Virus record (IMG/VR): IMGVR_UViG_3300023173_000014
Span: 6,791 to 70,790 of that record
DNA length: 64,000 bases
DNA from: a virus
Lineage: Duplodnaviria; Caudoviricetes
Strand: one strand, 5' to 3'
This document shows positions 14,880 through 24,732 of the stretch, piece by piece (position 1 is the first letter of the stretch; each line of letters opens with the position of its first letter). The notes under the pieces are model-generated. The model did not search any database, was not told the origin of the DNA, and saw only the letters and a list, made by a program, of their open reading frames with translations. The translations under genes and the position numbers were made by a program.

Positions 14880-17506
14880 GCAGCCTCCTTACGGGCGTAG
14901 ACAGCCTCTCGGCACTTTTTTCGGATGTCTTCTACCGAGCACTTGGGTTTGAGGCCAATGGTGTGTGCCCATGATGGCCAGAAGATGTCCAGTTCTGCAC
15001 CGATCTTAACGGTGTCGTGGTGAAGCTCTGGGAGTTCTTGCCATGACATACAATCCACCAGGTTACGGTTTACCCAATCAACAATGTTCACGTCATCACG
15101 GATGATGAGGTAAATCGCATCATGGATAAGTGCAATCGGGAGGATGTCGTTACGGTAAGTAGACTTCCATACGCGCCCCATGAACTCGTTAAACGCTCGA
15201 TTGTTGAGTAAGCCATAGGACTGACCCATGGCATTACCTGCAGTACGACCTTCAGCTTCCGCTTCAGAGAAACGTCTGCCTGTCCCACGGCCGGCAGCTT
15301 TCAGGAGTGGAGTACGTAAGCGCAGACCGAAAGCAACGTCGACGTACCCGTCAACAGAGGCTTGGTCTAAGCGGTTCTGAACGTACTCATCACTGACTTT
15401 GTACAGCTCGTGGTAGTTAGCTTCAATCGCCTTGGCTTCAGCTTCAGAGAAGCCCAGGTTCTTCACCAACGTAATCCAGGTACCCTGGTAAGTCAGTGCA
15501 AAGGTAGGGTTCTTTGAGCGGCTACGGACAGCATCCAGAAGAGGATCTTTCTTAACTGCGAAAGACAATTCTGGTGTGATCTCATCAAACGGAAACTTGT
15601 GAGGCCAGTAACTGAATGCCCGGAGACTGTGACCGTCATACCCGTCGATATACACTTTCAACTTGTTAGGGTCTTTGGTCGTTAACGCACTGATGTAATC
15701 CTCGAGAGAATTAAAGTCAGCACCAACCATGATCCAACCTTTAGGAGCAGTGAAACACTCTTTAATCAGTTTGGCGTATACCGAACCAGAAGGGATATTC
15801 TGGAGGTTAGGATCGGATGACGACAGTCGTCCGGATACCGTACCCCCCAGGTTGAACGAACCATGCAACCAGCGAATATCGTTACCGTCAGCATCAGAGT
15901 GCTTAATGGCACGTTTGAATGCTGGGATGAACGCGGATAAAACCTTACTGGCTTTGGCGTGCGCTACTAACGTTTCCAGGATGCTTCGTACAGACTCATC
16001 TTTCGCGTGGTTGATCAGCTTGTCCAAGGTCTTCGCTCCGACTGCTGGTGCTTTAGCAGGCGTACGATCGATTACCGGTAAACCAAGCATGTCGTACAAC
16101 AGTTCCCCTACTTGCTGGTTACTGTTCGGATTGAACCGGATATGCTGGAAGGCACTGAGCGGATGACGTTTCTTCTTGAGCGTTGCATTCTTGGCTTCCA
16201 TTGCACGCACTTGTAGCATGGCTTCCAAGCGGTTCACTTCAGGGATGCGGTAGAAAGACTGCATACAGTCGTCAATGATCTTCTCCAACTTCGCTTCCGC
16301 TTTCAGGACCTTTGTAGGGTCCAGAGGCATACCTGTCAGCTCCAGTTGGATGATCGTTTGCAAGGACTCCTTCATCAAACCCTGGTAGAGGTTCAACTGG
16401 TTATCCTGGACCATGACTGGATACTGCTTGTCGTACAGGTAGTTGGTACACAGCCCGTCGACCAAGTTGTAACGCAACAGGCGATCAACAGGCACCTTGG
16501 TAATGTCCTTCACGTCTTCTGCATAGTTGCCTGCAAATTCGTGCGTCTGGGCTTTCAGGCCCAGTTCATTACCACCACATGAGTTTGTAGCCAGGTAAGT
16601 GATGATCTTGGTGTCGTCAAAGTTACGTGTCATGTAACGTAAGCCTGTGAGCAGACCTTCGTTGTTGGTGTTGTCTTCCAACATCCACAACACGTAAATG
16701 AGTACTTTGACGTCGTACGTTGCGTTATGGAAACGCATGTTGCCCTGATAATTCTCGAAGAACTCCCGCAGCCAACGACGCACCTGCATGTTAGGTGAGT
16801 AGTAGCTGTAACACTTATCTACTGGCTCTGAGTACTCCACCAGGTCGACCGGGAAAGCAATACCGTCGTGTTGAGACCAGGCAAAGGAGATCGTCCCGAT
16901 ACCTGCTTCGTTGTGACGTAAGCTGAAGGCTTCGATGTCCACAGACAAGAAAGGCTTATCCATCAGTGACTTCAAGGCTTCCTGGATGTCTGGATTACTC
17001 CGGGGATAACTTCCGTTCTTCACAACATCAAGCTGGAAGGTAGGGGCAGCACCGACCACTTCTTTAATGAGGGTATCGATGGACATCATCAATTTACCTT
17101 CATTAAGCGGGTTGTAGATCAGTGACTTGTGGTTCACACCCAAGGTCACCTGCATGTTTTCAAAACCCTTCACTTTACATGGCAACACGTAACCCAAGTG
17201 AGGCTCTGCTTTCCGTTCACCGGTTAAGATCTTGAAGTACGCAGCATCCGCGCAGTAGATCAGTTGTGTGCCTTTATCTTTCAGGTGTGGAAGCAGATCG
17301 TTCAGGTACTCTTTAATGAGTTTGACCGGTGCCTTACCTGACGAGTTGTAGTACAGGGAAGTAACGATGAGATCTTCTTCCGGTACGCCACCTGCAATAA
17401 AAGGCTTCAGGTAGTTATGCTCGACCTCTGCGCGGTCGAAGGCAGCAGATTTGATAAGTACTGCTACGTTACGCTTCCCGGTAGGGGTAAGGGTGAATTC
17501 TTGCAT
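14876..17506 (-). CDS. family A DNA polymerase with 3'-5' exonuclease (N4 gp39-like)
   Basis: DIE, FHN..YD and YN..D exonuclease motifs; GRLSS.DPNLQNIP; motif A DFNSLE, motif B K...F..TY.G, motif C HDA. Confidence 0.96.
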   Translation of the reverse strand: MQEFTLTPTGKRNVAVLIKSAAFDRAEVEHNYLKPFIAGGVPEEDLIVTSLYYNSSGKAPVKLIKEYLNDLLPHLKDKGTQLIYCADAAYFKILTGERKAEPHLGYVLPCKVKGFENMQVTLGVNHKSLIYNPLNEGKLMMSIDTLIKEVVGAAPTFQLDVVKNGSYPRSNPDIQEALKSLMDKPFLSVDIEAFSLRHNEAGIGTISFAWSQHDGIAFPVDLVEYSEPVDKCYSYYSPNMQVRRWLREFFENYQGNMRFHNATYDVKVLIYVLWMLEDNTNNEGLLTGLRYMTRNFDDTKIITYLATNSCGGNELGLKAQTHEFAGNYAEDVKDITKVPVDRLLRYNLVDGLCTNYLYDKQYPVMVQDNQLNLYQGLMKESLQTIIQLELTGMPLDPTKVLKAEAKLEKIIDDCMQSFYRIPEVNRLEAMLQVRAMEAKNATLKKKRHPLSAFQHIRFNPNSNQQVGELLYDMLGLPVIDRTPAKAPAVGAKTLDKLINHAKDESVRSILETLVAHAKASKVLSAFIPAFKRAIKHSDADGNDIRWLHGSFNLGGTVSGRLSSSDPNLQNIPSGSVYAKLIKECFTAPKGWIMVGADFNSLEDYISALTTKDPNKLKVYIDGYDGHSLRAFSYWPHKFPFDEITPELSFAVKKDPLLDAVRSRSKNPTFALTYQGTWITLVKNLGFSEAEAKAIEANYHELYKVSDEYVQNRLDQASVDGYVDVAFGLRLRTPLLKAAGRGTGRRFSEAEAEGRTAGNAMGQSYGLLNNRAFNEFMGRVWKSTYRNDILPIALIHDAIYLIIRDDVNIVDWVNRNLVDCMSWQELPELHHDTVKIGAELDIFWPSWAHTIGLKPKCSVEDIRKKCREAVYARKEAA

Positions 17507-17508
17507 TG

Positions 17509-18042
17509 TCAGACCATCAACAGGTTAGTCATCGCCCGTTGCTCCAACATAGCAATGGATTTCTGGCTTTGTGAAAGCATGGAGTCGATGAGTTCTTGAG
17601 AAAGTTCCGCGTTACGGCATGGACAGTCTTGTTTCAACTTATCCAAGATCGGATGCAGTAACGTAGGGAACAACTTGTAGTAGTCCTCAAAGCCGTTTGA
17701 GACGTTGAGGACCTGGTTAACGTATCCCAAGACGAAAGGTAATTCGTCGTTATTTATCCGGTCTTTTTCTTTCATCAAAGCCAGATAACGAGGCTCCAAA
17801 GAAGGATGTAGAGAGTTGATTTTGGAGGCAGGGACGCGTGAATTTTTGTCGTACTGCGAGTGGTATTTGAACTCACCACGGTACTTCATTAAGCGTTGTT
17901 GATTCTGGTTTAGGCCTGAATTTTCGATGATGAGTGCGTCCATTTGGTTACTGAACTTCTCATCAACTTGTTCGTACAAGGCCGCGTAGATTGAATCTTT
18001 GATGTGGGCCTTAGTTTCAGGTCCATAAACCATGTCGCTCAT
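17509..18042 (-). CDS. conserved N4-like protein between helicase and polymerase (gp38-like)
   Basis: Synteny; 177-aa ORF. Confidence 0.65.
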   Translation of the reverse strand: MSDMVYGPETKAHIKDSIYAALYEQVDEKFSNQMDALIIENSGLNQNQQRLMKYRGEFKYHSQYDKNSRVPASKINSLHPSLEPRYLALMKEKDRINNDELPFVLGYVNQVLNVSNGFEDYYKLFPTLLHPILDKLKQDCPCRNAELSQELIDSMLSQSQKSIAMLEQRAMTNLLMV

Positions 18043-19280
18043 TTAATATCTCCGAACAAGTAGACGTTGTGACGGGCACGGCTCGCCCCTACATAGAGGA
18101 GACGTGCGATTGTTTCCTTGTCGAAGCAACCGCCTACATCGTTGAGGTCAATGAATACAGAGTCGTAAGTACTACCCTGCGATTTGTTGATTGTTTGTGC
18201 GTAAGCCGGTCGGAGATCGGCCCAAGTTTCCATCAATTCCTTAATTTGAAACTTAGCTCCAGCCGCTCGAAATTCCTGAAGGAGTCGTGAGTGCTCGGCG
18301 CTGTTATCAGGAACGAAATAACGACGCCCTCTGACAAGGTAAGAACACCCGTCGACGCCGTGTTTCTGTTCTTTCAGTGGAGCGTGTACAGTCACCGTCT
18401 CGTTGTTCTTGAGTGGCTCTTTACCGTGTACGTAGCTGTTTACGAACGCTGTACTTCCATCACGCATGTGAGAGTGTCCTGTGAGGTGTTCAGCGATGTA
18501 GTTGTTGTACTTGGTTACTGTCTTGTTTCGCCAAGCCAAGATACGAGAATCTTCTTTACCTTCACTAAAGACGGCACAGGCCTTGGCCATGAATGTGTCA
18601 CCATCCAGGTGTTGGATAACGTTTCCATCTGGATGGAACTGTTGGAACTGCTTGGTATATACCGCATTTCGCAGCATGGTAGATAGGTCAATAATGGGAT
18701 TACCTTCCGCTTGCCGTACGACCTGTGTAAGGCGTGAGGTTGGAAACCCTACATTAAACACAGGGGCTGTTTGGGCACCTACTCCCAGTAGCTGCGCTGG
18801 GTCACCGATAAATAACACTTTGACAAACTTTGCTGCATTGGCTCGATCTACGATGATCTTAAGCAACTTATCGTCTGTGTAGCTGGCTTCGTCGATGACC
18901 AACAGGACGTTAGATAAGGGTGTGGTGTAGTCGCCTACGATAGACGTAGCACCCGTACCGTAGTTGGTGTGTACACGCAGACCGAGGTAGGAGAAAACAG
19001 TGGTAACGTCCATTCCTGTTTTCTCACTCAGTGCCTCCGCTGCCTTATGGGTAGTAGCAGTAAGTGCCACTTCAATATCCAGGCCAGGGTGACTCGGAGT
19101 GATGAGGGTGCATGATTTAAGTTGAGTGCGCAGCCCTTTCAGGACATCTTGCATCAGTGTGGTTTTACCGGTGCCACTGTAACCTTCCAGTACATGAAAC
19201 TTGGAGGTAGGGTCGGCAATGAATCCAAAGATCTCTTTCTGGGCTTGCGCCTGATCTCCGGTTAAAGAAAAGGCGCTCAT
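18039..19280 (-). CDS. SF1B (Dda/RecD-like) DNA helicase
   Basis: GYSGTGKT, IDEAS, GDPAQL, VVRQA, YAQTINKSQGST, YVGASRAR. Confidence 0.95.
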   Translation of the reverse strand: MSAFSLTGDQAQAQKEIFGFIADPTSKFHVLEGYSGTGKTTLMQDVLKGLRTQLKSCTLITPSHPGLDIEVALTATTHKAAEALSEKTGMDVTTVFSYLGLRVHTNYGTGATSIVGDYTTPLSNVLLVIDEASYTDDKLLKIIVDRANAAKFVKVLFIGDPAQLLGVGAQTAPVFNVGFPTSRLTQVVRQAEGNPIIDLSTMLRNAVYTKQFQQFHPDGNVIQHLDGDTFMAKACAVFSEGKEDSRILAWRNKTVTKYNNYIAEHLTGHSHMRDGSTAFVNSYVHGKEPLKNNETVTVHAPLKEQKHGVDGCSYLVRGRRYFVPDNSAEHSRLLQEFRAAGAKFQIKELMETWADLRPAYAQTINKSQGSTYDSVFIDLNDVGGCFDKETIARLLYVGASRARHNVYLFGDIK

Positions 19281-19297
19281 ACGGTGTCCTTGGTTTG

Positions 19298-20392
19298 TTA
19301 GTCAGTGGGCGGATCGAAGTGGATAGTTCGACCCCAAGGTGCTTTATAGCTCGGGTTCTCGTTGATGATCCAAACCCAGTTAGAGGAGTCACGGCGCTTC
19401 GGTTCGTAGAAGTAACCGTCCGTAAACACCACAACAATGTTGGGTTTGTGCTCCGCTACCCAATCACATACAGGCTGTACTCGGGTCCCGCCGCCACCGT
19501 TGAATTCGACCTTATCGAAGTCTGTCTTCGTACGGACTTGATCCACGCCTACCAGACCAGATGAGAACTGAATCAGAGTCATCTTGCTTGGTTTCATTTT
19601 CGACATGATGCCATAGGCTTCATTAACGAAATGCTGGAACTGTTGCTTAGACACAGAACCTGAAACATCAATCACCACAGTGATCTGTTCGAGCTTCTCT
19701 GAATGACGTGAAGGCAGGATCGTAGGGAGGAAACGACGGTTAGGTCGGGATAAGGTGAAATCCCCTTTCATCGTTCCATTTAGGTACTTACGCAACAACG
19801 TAAACCAAGGAAGTTTAGGGTTGGTCGCTTTCTCTACCATCCGTCTCACTTCACTTGGGATGTAGGCGTCGGTACCACCTTTTGTCTGGTTCTGTGCACG
19901 GATCGCCGCTTTGGTGATCGCTTGACTGATGTCTTTAGCGTCTTTGGCGTTCGGTGCTTCAATCAGATCTTCGTGGTCTGGTTTCGCGTCGTCAGGCAGA
20001 TCGTTGTAGATCTCATCTGCAGACAGTCCAGCGTACTTATGTTCATACAAGCCACCGGCCGGCATGGTCATACCAATCTTGATGAGTTCCGCGTTGATTG
20101 CGTAGTCACACGCTGCATTCCAGCGACGCATATCACGTCCTGCCAGTCGCAGCATGTGTTGCAACACAACGTGGAAAGTTTCGTGCATTAACAGGAAGTC
20201 ACGTTCAGAAGGCCCCAACGACTCAAAGAAGTTGGGATTGATGAGCAAGTTCTTACCGTTTGTAGCTGCAGTTGGTACTTCTTCGGTGATGCGCCAGTTC
20301 AGACTGAACAGCACACCAGCAAAGAATTTCAACTTAGGGTTTGCCAGGACGCTCACCTTAGAACGCATTACGGCTTTTTCGATGGGCGTCAT
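19298..20392 (-). CDS. DUF2201-type metallopeptidase-like + VWA protein
   Basis: TAATNG, HETFH (HExxH), WN.ACDY.IN; MIDAS DVSGS, GGGT, FTDG. Confidence 0.9.
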   Translation of the reverse strand: MTPIEKAVMRSKVSVLANPKLKFFAGVLFSLNWRITEEVPTAATNGKNLLINPNFFESLGPSERDFLLMHETFHVVLQHMLRLAGRDMRRWNAACDYAINAELIKIGMTMPAGGLYEHKYAGLSADEIYNDLPDDAKPDHEDLIEAPNAKDAKDISQAITKAAIRAQNQTKGGTDAYIPSEVRRMVEKATNPKLPWFTLLRKYLNGTMKGDFTLSRPNRRFLPTILPSRHSEKLEQITVVIDVSGSVSKQQFQHFVNEAYGIMSKMKPSKMTLIQFSSGLVGVDQVRTKTDFDKVEFNGGGGTRVQPVCDWVAEHKPNIVVVFTDGYFYEPKRRDSSNWVWIINENPSYKAPWGRTIHFDPPTD

Positions 20393-20401
20393 AACGATTC
20401 C

Positions 20402-21457
20402 TTAACCGAGGATGTGAGTATTGTTAAGTTTCCAAGTAGTGATTGCTTGGTGTTGGGCCAGATCTTTGTTACGAGAACAAATCTCACGGAAGGTAGTGAT
20501 CGTGAACTCGATCGGCATACGTGCAATGAACTTCACCATGTCGGTCAGGTTCTTGTCATTTGCACCCGCTCCCAGAGCACCGGTAAGCGCGTAAAGCACA
20601 GAAGGTTCATCAGGGACTTTCAGTGTTTCTGGATTGGCCAGGATGTCCTTCAACTGAGGAAGTGATTGGTGAACGTCCAGGAACGCATCAAACTCAGTTG
20701 CAGCACCTTGACCAATCATGCCACCCAGAGCGATACGATCAGCGTCAGTAAGGCCTGTCTTGTTCTTCATGTACTTGTGAACGAATTCCCAGGTACGTGG
20801 GCAAGGGTAAGTAACGTCAGGGCTGTCTGGATCGAACTTATGCAGAAGCTCAGGTTTGAACGACAGGAAGGACGTAACACGGGTGTCGACGTTGCTGTTA
20901 CGTGCCCATTCCAACCATTCATTCAGATCAACGTGTGTCTTCAGGTGAACCAAACGTGACTGAAGTGCTGAAGAGAGTTCTTCAGTAATGGCATTGTCGT
21001 CGTCCAGGTTACCTGCACACACCATCACTACGTTTTTGTGGATGTGGTGTTGACCTACCATACGGTCCAGAACCAGTTTGTAAGCAGCACGCTGTACTGA
21101 ACGGTCAGCAGAGTTGAACTCGTCCAGGAACAGCAACCACCCTGTTTTATTCGCTGGCTTTTCATCTGAAGCCAGAGGAATGTAGCTTGGTGGTGCGTAG
21201 GTAGAACGTCCGCCTTCAGTGGAAGGGAAACCCTGAAGGTCAGTTGGATCACACTGACTCAGACGAAGGTCAATCAGTTCCAGGTTATGTTTGTTGGCGA
21301 AGGCGTGCACGATGGCTGACTTACCCAAACCAGGACTACCTTTAATGAAAGGTACCAGGCCTGCATGAGCGCACTGGTCGACGATGTTGGTGGCAGTAGC
21401 CAAACTAGCAGAAGGAGCACCTACAAACTGCCCTTCGATGTTTTCGTTATCTGACAT
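20402..21457 (-). CDS. MoxR-type AAA+ ATPase
   Basis: GSPGLGKS, RLSQCDPTDLQG, LFLDEF, AGN, ALQSRL, PCPRTWE. Confidence 0.9.
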   Translation of the reverse strand: MSDNENIEGQFVGAPSASLATATNIVDQCAHAGLVPFIKGSPGLGKSAIVHAFANKHNLELIDLRLSQCDPTDLQGFPSTEGGRSTYAPPSYIPLASDEKPANKTGWLLFLDEFNSADRSVQRAAYKLVLDRMVGQHHIHKNVVMVCAGNLDDDNAITEELSSALQSRLVHLKTHVDLNEWLEWARNSNVDTRVTSFLSFKPELLHKFDPDSPDVTYPCPRTWEFVHKYMKNKTGLTDADRIALGGMIGQGAATEFDAFLDVHQSLPQLKDILANPETLKVPDEPSVLYALTGALGAGANDKNLTDMVKFIARMPIEFTITTFREICSRNKDLAQHQAITTWKLNNTHILG

Positions 21458-21469
21458 GGAATGTCCTTG

Positions 21470-21970
21470 TTAAAATGATTCGATGAGCTTCGTCATCTTG
21501 TTACGTTTTGCATACTCTTCCTGGTTTTCAAAGGAAGGTACTGCGGTGATGTTCTTGGCGTATTCGACGCGGGCCTTTAACTCTGCAATAACGTCAGGAT
21601 CATTGAAGTCTTGATCGTAGAACGTCGTCCAAGGTACTTGGAAATCCTGCATAACGGCCTGTTTCTCAACAGAGTTGCCTTTATCGTCGAATACGTAGGA
21701 ATAGCGTGAAAGAGGTGGATCACCTCGAAGAAGTGCACCTTCAGCAAAAGATTCCAGCATGAAAGGGATCGACTCCTTTCCAAAGGCGTCAATAGTCTCC
21801 CTCCAGTGCTCCGGACCCGAATTAGCAAGCGTGATTGCTTGAACCTGACCGATTGCACCATCCCCATCTTTGATAGGGCTTTGCAGTACAGGTGCGATGT
21901 CAGAGGAATCAAGGATCTCTTTCGCTTTCTCCCAACCAGCCGGAAAGGTTAAGCGAGTTTCAGTCCCCAT
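21470..21970 (-). CDS. hypothetical protein with the shared C-terminal motif (KMTKLI)
   Basis: ORF coupled to the ClpX-like gene. Confidence 0.75.
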   Translation of the reverse strand: MGTETRLTFPAGWEKAKEILDSSDIAPVLQSPIKDGDGAIGQVQAITLANSGPEHWRETIDAFGKESIPFMLESFAEGALLRGDPPLSRYSYVFDDKGNSVEKQAVMQDFQVPWTTFYDQDFNDPDVIAELKARVEYAKNITAVPSFENQEEYAKRNKMTKLIESF

Positions 21971-22775
21971 TCTGGTTACCCCATGCCATAGGGTTAAATG
22001 GCACTACTTCAGCAGGTGCTTTATCGAAACCACCTTCAATGAAGTACTGGTGAACCAAGCGGATCAGAAGACGAACACCTACCGTGTTGGAGGCGTACTC
22101 TTCTTTCACCTTCTCCATAATGGCGCTGAGAGCGTCTTCACGAGGAGAATCAGGGAACACACGTAAGTAGTTTTCCAGAAGTTTCATGTCCTTCAGGATG
22201 GCGTACATTACGTCCAGAGAGGCTTTCTTCAGGTTGTAAACCAGACTGACACGACCCAGGAATTCTGTCTTAACTCCCAGTTCAGCCAGACGGTCTGTGG
22301 TGATGTTGTCTTCACCATTGAAAGCACCTGCGAAGATAAACAGAAGGTTCTCTGCCGGTACTTCGTGGTACTTACCGTAATCACCAAAGACAGTAGCGTT
22401 ACCGCCATCAAGGATCTTCAGAAATTCGTTCTGAACACCATTGGTGCTTTCGTGTGCCAGGTCGCAATTGGCATTACCACTGATGAACAGCTTGTCGAAC
22501 TCATCCACAAATACGATTGCAGGTTGGTTCTGAACGTTGAAGATACCAGTCAGTGCCTTAGACAGACTGTTACCGGATAAACCTTCTTTGGTCAGGTTGG
22601 CTGCATTCACTGAGATCAGCGGCAGATCTTTCTCTTTTGCCAGGGTCTCAATGTTGTGGGTCTTACTGCTGCCGGAAGGACCGGTTAAGAAAAAGTGAGG
22701 ACGGATCTCACCGGAAGTGTTTTTAAAGATTTCCAGTATCTGACGGATACTGTCTACAGATTGTGTGTTGTCCAT
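21960..22775 (-). CDS. ClpX/HslU-like AAA+ ATPase without ZBD or IGF loop
   Basis: GPSGSSKT, LTKEG, VFVDEFDK, GVQ..LK, FIFAGAF, EFLGR, GVR.L. Confidence 0.85.
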   Translation of the reverse strand: MDNTQSVDSIRQILEIFKNTSGEIRPHFFLTGPSGSSKTHNIETLAKEKDLPLISVNAANLTKEGLSGNSLSKALTGIFNVQNQPAIVFVDEFDKLFISGNANCDLAHESTNGVQNEFLKILDGGNATVFGDYGKYHEVPAENLLFIFAGAFNGEDNITTDRLAELGVKTEFLGRVSLVYNLKKASLDVMYAILKDMKLLENYLRVFPDSPREDALSAIMEKVKEEYASNTVGVRLLIRLVHQYFIEGGFDKAPAEVVPFNPMAWGNQNGD

Positions 22776-22805
22776 TTTGCTCTCGTTCTTGGTTAAGATT
22801 CGAGA

Positions 22806-22821
22806 GGTGACCGGAGGTCAC
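22806..22821 (-). promoter_or_regulatory. C-GGA-G hairpin element (putative middle promoter) upstream of the ClpX-like gene
   Basis: GTGACC-GGA-GGTCAC, identical to 14234-14249. Confidence 0.55.
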
Positions 22822-23201
22822 ATGGTGATGAGGTTACCTAGCTGCTGCACTTTCCAACGTTCGTATTGCTCAGTCCAGTTTGTAGATTCTTTAAAAGGGT
22901 TCCGTTCACCAGACATTGAGTATTCATACCTGCGCTTACCTTGGGAGGTTAAAGTAAACCGTATGAATAAAGTCTTCCAGGTATTAGACAACCCTGGGAT
23001 GTGTTCTGTTGGGTAGATCAAGATTGCCGGAAGCTCAAGTGCCTCTAAGAACTCCATAAGAGACACAGGCACCGGTTTGTGAATATCGAAAGTCTCTCCT
23101 GATGCTCTACGCTCAAGGGTAATCCAATGTCTTTTAATTGGTTCGACGTTTTGTAGAGCTTCTTTACAGGCTCCACAAATGAAGACTTGCACTACTTCCA
23201 T
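22818..23201 (-). CDS. hypothetical protein with N-terminal CxxC and the shared C-terminal motif
   Basis: Ends WTEQYERWKVQQLGNLITM. Confidence 0.8.
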   Translation of the reverse strand: MEVVQVFICGACKEALQNVEPIKRHWITLERRASGETFDIHKPVPVSLMEFLEALELPAILIYPTEHIPGLSNTWKTLFIRFTLTSQGKRRYEYSMSGERNPFKESTNWTEQYERWKVQQLGNLITM

Positions 23202-23269
23202 AACTTATAGCCCTAGTAGTTTTAATATTCTTAATAGCATACGGGCACGTGACTCCGACGTTATGTACA

Positions 23270-23572
23270 TCAATCCTTGGGATCAGAAAGCCTAAAATCA
23301 GCAGTAGCGTAAGAACCAAGATGCAGCTCCAAGAAATCAATCTCTTCCGCGTACTGCTTTTCGTCGGTCATCCATGCGATCACCTGGCTTGTGTTCAGGC
23401 GGGGTTGCCTACCCTGTTCAGAGTGCTCCGCAAGGTATTCTTCCTGCATGACCTTGGTATCTATCTCTATGAGGGCTTTGCACACTGTCAGCGTGCAGTA
23501 ATCGCTATATTCCTCGGCAGTAACAGTAAATACAGCGTCTTTAGGTATAACTTTTATTTCTCTGAACATCAC
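23270..23572 (-). CDS. acidic hypothetical protein
   Basis: GGAGAG RBS; 100-aa ORF. Confidence 0.7.
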   Translation of the reverse strand: MMFREIKVIPKDAVFTVTAEEYSDYCTLTVCKALIEIDTKVMQEEYLAEHSEQGRQPRLNTSQVIAWMTDEKQYAEEIDFLELHLGSYATADFRLSDPKD

Positions 23573-23670
23573 TCTCTCCGAACTAAATCTGGTGTTATTT
23601 AGGTGTTTTTAATGTGCGCCTTCTAAGGTAGGGGTAGTTTAAGACGTCGCTTACGCTCTGGCCAAAAGGT

Positions 23671-23964
23671 TTATATGGTTTGTAGTTGATGTTCGTAATA
23701 CCACGAAACTTCCCCAACCCCATCGATGTCAAGGCAGTAGTTTTTCACATTGTCCCCTCCATAAGCATGGGCATAGGTGTACTTCACAGTGGCTTCCTTT
23801 CCGCTTGGAAAATGCGACATAGATGTACCGAGATCGTCAATAATCTTTACCCTTGTTCCGGGCTGGAACTTTTGTCCCTTCGGTACAGGCTTGTTTTTTA
23901 CATTCTCTATACCTTGTTGGTATATTGAGTTTGCCTGATCTGCGCGTTCTTTGTAGCTTGTCAT
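23671..23964 (-). CDS. SH3/KOW-like small protein
   Basis: KFQPGTRVKI...G.EATV...YCL.....SWY.E.QL; AGGAG RBS. Confidence 0.7.
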   Translation of the reverse strand: MTSYKERADQANSIYQQGIENVKNKPVPKGQKFQPGTRVKIIDDLGTSMSHFPSGKEATVKYTYAHAYGGDNVKNYCLDIDGVGEVSWYYEHQLQTI

Positions 23965-24014
23965 TTCTTTTCTCCTGTTAAAGCGTCATATAGCCAGTAG
24001 GTGTGAGGTATATC

Positions 24015-24380
24015 TCACAACCCTAATAACTTGTTCATTTTATAGATCTTCCAACGTTCCCTCTGCACTTCCCAGTTTATGTGTTGTAGATCTTGGTTAG
24101 GTCCACTACCCCGTAATGTAAGGTACCCACTTTCATTTAACAGATTCGACCCTGCGTAAGAACCTAACGTACCGGTGTGGACTACGTAAGGGAAATTAAG
24201 GTTAAGGTAGACCGTACTGGACTGCACCGGCATGCAAGTGATGAAGCAACAAGAGAGTTCAGTACCGGGAACTTCATACGACCAAGGTGTCCAGCTATAC
24301 AAGTGACCTTCTAGTAGAGACGCTACCTCACTTTCAGGGAGTCCTGAGACAATCCAGACGTTTCTATACTGCTTAGACAT
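24015..24380 (-). CDS. hypothetical protein with the shared C-terminal motif
   Basis: Ends WEVQRERWKIYKMNKLLGL. Confidence 0.8.
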   Translation of the reverse strand: MSKQYRNVWIVSGLPESEVASLLEGHLYSWTPWSYEVPGTELSCCFITCMPVQSSTVYLNLNFPYVVHTGTLGSYAGSNLLNESGYLTLRGSGPNQDLQHINWEVQRERWKIYKMNKLLGL

Positions 24381-24729
24381 TAAGCAGCTCCGTGAGTTTA
24401 TTCACTTGGAATGCCTTCACTTGTGCCGGAGCATCTGCCCAAAACTTAGCCTCGAAGTGTTCATCAGGCTCAAAGAAGGCTGTACCTTTTTGACGGCGCA
24501 CGAACCCGTCAAGCTGATCATGCCAGAAGTACCACCCACTTTTACCATCCCATGTGTAGATGCCTGGTACTTGGTTATCAATAAGGCGATTGAAAGCATT
24601 AGGCGTAGAGGCAGGCTCTATTTGCCAGTGATAACGTTCACGTCCCAGACGTTTGGTAGTGGTATACGGAACATCTGCAAAAGAAGGATGTGCATCTTCT
24701 GGTTTCACAGGGGATATGAAGTAAATCAT
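24373..24729 (-). CDS. hypothetical protein with the shared C-terminal motif
   Basis: Ends QVKAFQVNKLTELLNV. Confidence 0.8.
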   Translation of the reverse strand: MIYFISPVKPEDAHPSFADVPYTTTKRLGRERYHWQIEPASTPNAFNRLIDNQVPGIYTWDGKSGWYFWHDQLDGFVRRQKGTAFFEPDEHFEAKFWADAPAQVKAFQVNKLTELLNV

Positions 24730-24732
24730 GGT

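Noticed and set aside
17509-18042. Eighth member of the C-terminal tag family (ends RAMTNLLMV)
   Set aside because: Only MxxLL matches, the basic residue is displaced, and the gene appears to be a core replication-block gene. Not counted, but worth including in the HMM test.
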